Assembly: GCA_046318155.1 (NCBI GenBank)
Contig: JBKCUU010000029.1
Coordinates: forward strand, 1 to 46,183
Reading direction: 5' to 3'
Source of the DNA: Bdellovibrio sp.
GTDB lineage: Bacteria; Bdellovibrionota; Bdellovibrionia; Bdellovibrionales; Bdellovibrionaceae
Length of the DNA stretch: 46,183 nt
Part shown: piece by piece, positions 40,608 to 46,183 of the stretch
Layout of the letters: each line of letters begins with the position of its first letter
Position numbering within the stretch: position 1 is the first letter of the stretch
The notes under the pieces: model-generated
Database searches by the model: none
What the model was told of the DNA's origin: nothing
The model's input: the letters and a program-made list of their open reading frames with translations, nothing else
Program-made: the position numbers and the translations under genes

Positions 40608-41696
40608 ATGAGTTTCTGGAGGGACAAAAAGGTATTTCTGACAGGGCATACCGGCTTTAAAGGTGCATGGTTAGCCAAAATGCTTCTTCACCAGGGGGCA
40701 AGAGTTTTTGGCTATTCTCTTTATCCTGCCACAGAGCCGAGTCTGTACGCTTCGAGTCCTATTTTAAGATCAATTCCACAGGTTATTGGTGACATTCGCT
40801 CCTCGCTTGAACTTCATCAGGCCTGCCGTAGTTTTGAGCCCGACATTGTTTTGCATTTAGCGGCACAAGCCTTAGTTCGAGACTCCTATGCAAATCCAAC
40901 CGAAACCTTTGAAACAAATGTGATGGGGACGCTGCATCTTTTCGAAGCTGTTCGTAAAACTAAATCGGTAAAAAGTCTCGTCAATGTGACTTCAGATAAG
41001 TGCTACGAAAATCGCGAGTGGCTTTGGGGTTACCGAGAGAATGAACCCATGGGTGGTAAGGATCCTTACAGTGCTTCGAAGGGCTGCTCTGAACTTCTGA
41101 CGCAATCTTATCGCGCCAGCTTTTTTTCCGAGGCCAACTCCGCCAGACTTTCTTCCGCACGCGCTGGAAACGTTTTTGGTGGAGGAGACTGGGCCAAGGA
41201 TCGATTGATTCCGGACCTGATTCGCGCGTGGGGTCATGGCCAGCCAGCACAGATTCGTCATCCTGCCGCCCTTAGGCCCTGGCAGCATGTTCTCGAGCCC
41301 GTTTTTGGGTACTCCATGCTCGCGAAAGCGAATTTCGAAAAAGCGGGTTTCGACTCTGGTTGGAATTTTGGTCCAAACGAAATGGACGCTCAAAATGTTG
41401 GCTCCGTGGTTGAAGCAATGGCAAAGCTCTGGGGAGAGACTGCACAAGTTCAGATTGAGCCCGCTGCAAGTAATCTAAAAGAAGCCCATCTGCTTCGCCT
41501 TGATAGCTCAAAAGCAAAATCAGAGCTCGGCTGGGTCCCAGTGCTTGGTCTGAGCCAGGGCCTCAAGTGGACCGTTCAATGGTACAAAAATTATAACTCG
41601 AAACCGTCATCAGCCGATCAAATGGTCGATGAGCAAATCGAAACTTATCTTCAGCGACAGAAGGAATCTGGGAATGGCTCATTGCAGGTATTGTAA
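40608..41696 (+). CDS. rfbG: CDP-glucose 4,6-dehydratase
   Basis: FW..K.VF.TGHTGFKG.W, TSDKCY, DPYSASK, RAGNV.GGGDW, RPWQHVLEP; start at ATG 40608 or GTG 40602. Confidence 0.95.
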   Translation: MSFWRDKKVFLTGHTGFKGAWLAKMLLHQGARVFGYSLYPATEPSLYASSPILRSIPQVIGDIRSSLELHQACRSFEPDIVLHLAAQALVRDSYANPTETFETNVMGTLHLFEAVRKTKSVKSLVNVTSDKCYENREWLWGYRENEPMGGKDPYSASKGCSELLTQSYRASFFSEANSARLSSARAGNVFGGGDWAKDRLIPDLIRAWGHGQPAQIRHPAALRPWQHVLEPVFGYSMLAKANFEKAGFDSGWNFGPNEMDAQNVGSVVEAMAKLWGETAQVQIEPAASNLKEAHLLRLDSSKAKSELGWVPVLGLSQGLKWTVQWYKNYNSKPSSADQMVDEQIETYLQRQKESGNGSLQVL

Positions 41697-42906
41697 ATCT
41701 GAATTATCCGAGAGCTTTGTTGATCTTGGGGTTTCGCCAGTTTCAAACGCTTTTCTTGATGAAACCACCCGGTGGAAGCCCGAAGTTTTTTATCCATTGG
41801 CAACTTTTGTCTGTTCAAGTTGTTATCTCGTTCAAGCCTTAGATATTGAATCCGCAGAGCACCACTTCAACGATAACTACATCTACTTCTCTTCATTCTC
41901 CGAAGAGTGGGTCGCGCATGCCAAACGTTTTGCCGATGCCATGGTGGACAGCCGTCGTTTAGATTCAAAGAGTCAAGTGGTTGAAATCGCCAGCAACGAT
42001 GGTTATCTTTTGCAACATTTTGCGAAATCCCAAATTCCCGTCTTGGGAGTTGAGCCGTCTGCCAATGTGGCCCGCGTCGCTGAAGAAAAAGGAATTCCGA
42101 GCTTAGTTCGTTTTTTTAGTCAGGACACGGCCCGGTTCTTGGTCGACCAGGGCAAGGCCGCCGATTTGATCGTCGCAAACAATGTTCTTGCGCACGTTCC
42201 AGATATTGGTGATTTCGTGATGGGCTTCAAGACATTGCTAAAGCCAGAAGGGGCCGTCTCGATTGAGTTCCCGTGGCTACTTAATTTAATCGAAAAGCGT
42301 CAGTTCGATACTATCTACCACGAGCACTACTCTTACCTTTCTTTGATTTTTCTTAAAAAAATTGTCGCAAAATCTGGGCTCGAAATATTTCACGTCGAAG
42401 AACATCCAACGCATGGTGGGTCACTACGAGTATTTTTAAAGCACGCGGGACAAGCCTCAGATCCAGTTCGTGGGACAGTCGCCGAGTTTGTTGATCGAGA
42501 AATCCGTGCAGGTCTTGATAAGATCCAAACCTACCGTAAATTTACGAGCCAGGTCGCGAAGGTGAAGTTCGACCTTCTGGAATTTTTAATCCAGGCAAAG
42601 CGAGAAGGTAAAACAGTTGTTGGCTACGGAGCTCCCGCCAAAGGTAATACGCTCTTAAATTTTTGTGGAGTTGGTCGAGAGTTTTTGGATTTCACTGTTG
42701 ATCGTAGTCCCCATAAGCAAGGCAAGCTCCTGCCCGGGTCTCGCATTCCAGTTTTTGCGGTCGAAAAAATTGCCGAAACCAAACCGGATTATATTCTCAT
42801 TTTACCTTGGAATCTTAAGAATGAAATTATGGGCCAACTCAAAGAGGCGCGCTTGTGGGGGGCTCGGTTTGTCGTTCCGATACCTCACCTTGAGGTCCTC
42901 GATTGA
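41674..42906 (+). CDS. NDP-hexose C-methyltransferase
   Basis: Zn ligands CRYC...CSSC, EIASNDG, NNVLAHV, FDTIYHEH, HGGSLR, YGAPAKG. Confidence 0.92.
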   Translation: MAHCRYCKSELSESFVDLGVSPVSNAFLDETTRWKPEVFYPLATFVCSSCYLVQALDIESAEHHFNDNYIYFSSFSEEWVAHAKRFADAMVDSRRLDSKSQVVEIASNDGYLLQHFAKSQIPVLGVEPSANVARVAEEKGIPSLVRFFSQDTARFLVDQGKAADLIVANNVLAHVPDIGDFVMGFKTLLKPEGAVSIEFPWLLNLIEKRQFDTIYHEHYSYLSLIFLKKIVAKSGLEIFHVEEHPTHGGSLRVFLKHAGQASDPVRGTVAEFVDREIRAGLDKIQTYRKFTSQVAKVKFDLLEFLIQAKREGKTVVGYGAPAKGNTLLNFCGVGREFLDFTVDRSPHKQGKLLPGSRIPVFAVEKIAETKPDYILILPWNLKNEIMGQLKEARLWGARFVVPIPHLEVLD

Positions 42907-43430
42907 AGTTTGAAGAGCTGCCATTAAAAGGCGCCTTTGTTGTATCGCTGGAGCCAAGATCGGACGAGCGGGGGTCATTTGCGCGGACATTTTGCGTTGA
43001 TGAGTTTTCCCGAATGGGCCTCGAGGCCGAATTTCCTCAGCACAGTCTTTCTGTTAATCTTAAGTCCGGAACCTTTCGCGGAATGCACTTTCAAAAAGAC
43101 CCGCGTGCGGAGGTCAAGCTCGTCCGTTGCCTGCGCGGCCGGGCCTGGGATATCTTATTGGATTTGCGCAAGGGAAGTCCTACTTTTAAACAATGGCAAA
43201 CGGTTGAACTTTCTGCAGAGAACAGGCGAGCCGTGTATATTCCAAAAGGTTTTGCCCACGGCTTTTTAACTCTCGAAGATAACACCGAGCTTTCTTATCT
43301 CATTAGCGAACGTTACCATCCCGACTTAGCCGCGGGAGTAAGGTGGAACGATCCCAGCTTTTCTATTCGTCTTCCTGAAAATCCAAAAGTAATTTCGCCG
43401 AAAGATCTTGAGTATCCCGACTATGAGTAA
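42903..43430 (+). CDS. RmlC-family NDP-4-keto-6-deoxyhexose 3,5-epimerase (second paralogue)
   Basis: DERG.FAR.FC, RGMHFQ, E.KLVRC, IP.GFAHGF.TL. Confidence 0.9.
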   Translation: MKFEELPLKGAFVVSLEPRSDERGSFARTFCVDEFSRMGLEAEFPQHSLSVNLKSGTFRGMHFQKDPRAEVKLVRCLRGRAWDILLDLRKGSPTFKQWQTVELSAENRRAVYIPKGFAHGFLTLEDNTELSYLISERYHPDLAAGVRWNDPSFSIRLPENPKVISPKDLEYPDYE

Positions 43431-44319
43431 TGTGCGTCTTCTGATCACCGGGGCGAGCGGGTTTTTAGGAAAAACTGTTTTGCGAACTGCGGCTTCGCAA
43501 GGAGTAACTGTCCTTGGCGTGGGCCGACGGAAGCTCCCGGATTTTCAAGGTCTCTATCAAGCGATGGATCTCGAAAACTCCGAGGCGCGGCAAAAGTTGC
43601 TCCAAGATTTTTTACCGACTCATGTCTTACATCTTGCCTGGTTTGTGGAGCACGGTGATTTCTGGGAGAGTTCCTCCAACATCGATTCAATGCAAATGTC
43701 TCTCGGTTTTTTTGAGGAATTCGCGACAACTAAAGGCGTGCGTTTTATTGGGGTTGGAACCTGTGCCGAGTATGACTGGTGTCAGCCTGGCCCGTTTTCG
43801 GAAACTGCAGCTCTCAAGCCCGATTCACTGTATGGACTGACCAAAAAGGCTCTCTTCGAAATCTTGTCTCACCGAGCAATTCGTCAGAGTGTATCCTTTG
43901 CCTGGGCACGAATATTTTATCCATTTGGTCCAGGTGAATCCCCCAAAAAATTGATTCCTTTGCTGATCAAGCACGCTCAAGCAGGCCAGCCTTTGCGCCT
44001 GGGTCCAGGTACTCAGAAAAAAGATTTTATATATGTTGAGGATGCAGCCACAGCGCTTTTGGCTCTCGTTCAAAGTGATGTTAAAGGTGCGATAAATGTC
44101 GGTACAGGCCGAGGTACAAGCATTCGTGAAATCTCGGCGGTTGTTGATGAACTTTGCAGTGTGAATGGACTTTGGCAGTGGGGCGCGCAGGGCGCGGGGC
44201 GAGCCGAGCCCGATTTCCTCGTGGCAGAGACTCAGCGTCTGCGAGAAGAGGTTATGTGGGTGCCTCGATACGACCTTAAGCAGTCCCTTGCCGCGTACCT
44301 TCAGCAGGGTGGAGACTAA
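43423..44319 (+). CDS. NAD-dependent epimerase/dehydratase (probable 4-ketoreductase)
   Basis: TGASGFLG, HLAW, GTCAEY, YG..K. Confidence 0.88.
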   Translation: MSNVRLLITGASGFLGKTVLRTAASQGVTVLGVGRRKLPDFQGLYQAMDLENSEARQKLLQDFLPTHVLHLAWFVEHGDFWESSSNIDSMQMSLGFFEEFATTKGVRFIGVGTCAEYDWCQPGPFSETAALKPDSLYGLTKKALFEILSHRAIRQSVSFAWARIFYPFGPGESPKKLIPLLIKHAQAGQPLRLGPGTQKKDFIYVEDAATALLALVQSDVKGAINVGTGRGTSIREISAVVDELCSVNGLWQWGAQGAGRAEPDFLVAETQRLREEVMWVPRYDLKQSLAAYLQQGGD

Positions 44320-45530
44320 TGGCGATTCGTTTTTCAGTGTTACTTCCGACTCGGAACCGTCTGGATTTGCTAAAATTCGCGATTGAATCAGTCTTGCGAC
44401 AAGACTATGAAAACTGGGAGATCATCGTCTCTGACAATGATTCAACAGAGAACATCAAAGATTATATCGCTTCACTCAACGACCCACGTGTGCGCTACTT
44501 TCGAACGGCTTCTTTTCTTCCAGTAACAGAAAATTGGAACAATGCTCTTCGGCAAGCAGTGGGTGATTACGTCATCATGCTGGGTGACGACGACTGTCTA
44601 ATGCCAAGATATTTCTCAAGCCTTGCTCCTAAAATCGAAAAGGCTGGCGAGCCCGATTTTGTCTACACAAGCGCCTACCTGTTTGCGTACCCCGGAGTAA
44701 TGCCCGGAGTCCCCGAGGGGTTTCTACTTTCATATTCGAGCAAGCCCATTTTCCAACATTCTAATCGCGAGCATCTTTTGGAGATTGCCGAGGCTCGTGA
44801 GCTGGCTCGGCGCTCGCTCGATTTTAGAATGGGTTTTGACTACAATATGCAGTTTCCGCTTGTTAAGCGGTCCTTCATTCAAGAGCTTGCACCGCAAGGC
44901 GAATTCTATCAGTCTCCTTATCCAGATTATTACGCTTCAAATGTTTTAATGCTCAAAGCGCGAAAGATCTTGGTGGACCCTCGTCCGTTAGTGACGATTG
45001 GAATTAGTCCTAAGTCTTTCGGATTTTTCTACTTTAATAATGCAGAAGCTCAAGGAAATGAGTTTTTAAAAAACCTGGCAGATAAAGACATTGCGGAGCG
45101 GATTGCGCCACATGTGCTACCAGGTACGAATATGAACACCTCGTGGCTCGCGTCCATGGAAACCATTCAAAAAAACTATGGGACAACGGAATCTCTGCAG
45201 GTCAATTATTCGCGCTACCGAATGCTCCAAATTTGTTCAGTTTTGGCGACAGCCTTCGCTGGGGCAGAGGGGTACAAAGATGGATTGAGAATGCTCAAGC
45301 CTCAACTCAAGAAGAAAGAAATGATCACCCTCTATCTTCCACTTTTGGCAATTGCGTTTCTTGTTCGTAATTTTTCGGGTCGATTTAGGCCCCGGTTTGC
45401 AAGCAAACTGATGACATTGACTGGATCACACCCGAGATTTGCTCCGCCTATGTTGAAGGGCGAATACAAGTCTATCCTTAACGTTTACAAGGACGCCGAA
45501 AATAAAGGGAGAGCGCTTGTCGAACCCTGA
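44319..45530 (+). CDS. GT2 family glycosyltransferase
   Basis: SVLLPT.NR, SDN.S, NWN.A, LGDDD. Confidence 0.9.
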   Translation: MAIRFSVLLPTRNRLDLLKFAIESVLRQDYENWEIIVSDNDSTENIKDYIASLNDPRVRYFRTASFLPVTENWNNALRQAVGDYVIMLGDDDCLMPRYFSSLAPKIEKAGEPDFVYTSAYLFAYPGVMPGVPEGFLLSYSSKPIFQHSNREHLLEIAEARELARRSLDFRMGFDYNMQFPLVKRSFIQELAPQGEFYQSPYPDYYASNVLMLKARKILVDPRPLVTIGISPKSFGFFYFNNAEAQGNEFLKNLADKDIAERIAPHVLPGTNMNTSWLASMETIQKNYGTTESLQVNYSRYRMLQICSVLATAFAGAEGYKDGLRMLKPQLKKKEMITLYLPLLAIAFLVRNFSGRFRPRFASKLMTLTGSHPRFAPPMLKGEYKSILNVYKDAENKGRALVEP

Positions 45531-46183
45531 ACTATCGAAAGTCCGAGCTGGCATTCTTGCGCATTTTGATCGACACGATGTGGTCGATCCCTATGTTTTT
45601 TTCTTTGCTCGCGAACTCAAGAAAGTTTGTAACGACTTAATTTTCGTTTCGACTTCCAAAATCTCGCCCGAACAACGCGCACAGCTTGAACAATTCTGCA
45701 CTAAAGTCGTTGAACGTCCGGATGAAGGATACGATTTCATGAGTTGGAGCATTGCCATCCGCTCACTAGAGCTTGAGAAGTATGACGAATTAGTTATTTG
45801 CAATGACAGTTGTTACGGGCCCATGTGGCCCCTGCAAGAATATTTCGATAAAATGGCAGATGTCGATTGTGACTTTTGGGGCTTTACAGAAGGCACTTTG
45901 GGGCACAGGCATCTTCAGCCTTATTTCGCCGTTTTCAGAAAGCCACTGCTACAATCGGATGCCTTTAAAGAGTTTTGGTTTTCAATCAAAGTGCTGCATC
46001 GCAAATGGGATATTATAAGAAGTTATGAAGTCCGAATGACTCCATTTTTTGAATCGCATGGATTTAAATCAGCAACCTATTTTAAAGTAGGCTTTGGAAC
46101 AATGGACAAAGTCATTGTTCTTTATTATGTGCGCCTTGGAATCATGATGGTGTCGATGGTGATTTTTCTTCCATTCACATTTT
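45517..46183 (+). CDS. RgpF (rhamnan synthesis F) family protein, runs off the window end
   Basis: Manual translation from TTG 45517: AHFD....VDPYV, R..EGYDF..W, YDELVICNDS.YGP, DFWG.T, HLQ.YF; absent from the ORF track because there is no stop in the window. Confidence 0.85.
   Translation, partial: MSNPELSKVRAGILAHFDRHDVVDPYVFFFARELKKVCNDLIFVSTSKISPEQRAQLEQFCTKVVERPDEGYDFMSWSIAIRSLELEKYDELVICNDSCYGPMWPLQEYFDKMADVDCDFWGFTEGTLGHRHLQPYFAVFRKPLLQSDAFKEFWFSIKVLHRKWDIIRSYEVRMTPFFESHGFKSATYFKVGFGTMDKVIVLYYVRLGIMMVSMVIFLPFTF

Overview
Chromosomal window of a roughly 50% GC bacterium whose gene content and order suggest Bdellovibrionota (inference). The left half is mostly core: tRNA-Gln(UUG), a beta-barrel protein, spoVG, a DegP/Do protease, a DUF1844-like protein, a degenerate M48 peptidase, a MoxR-DUF58-BatABCD operon, a GT2 plus two GT-C-like membrane glycosyltransferases, Slt- and MltD-type lytic transglycosylases and a TIGR03546/TIGR03545 pair. 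A ~690 bp gap (20390-21075) holds a minus-strand c-di-GMP-I riboswitch with its own terminator and no long ORF; a 16-codon ORF there has a ribosome-binding site complementary to the aptamer 5' strand. The middle is accessory: metF-metH bracketed by two nucleotidyltransferase plus small-partner (TA-like) modules, a wHTH-Fic gene with an apparent CTG start and operator array, and two patches of gene relics (DUF6973-like, AAA/DUF4143, AbiEi/AbiEii). The right end is a surface-polysaccharide locus (rfbA/D/C plus GT9; rfbF/G, C-methyltransferase, epimerase, reductase, GT2, RgpF-like). All family calls come from motif recognition by eye; no searches were run.
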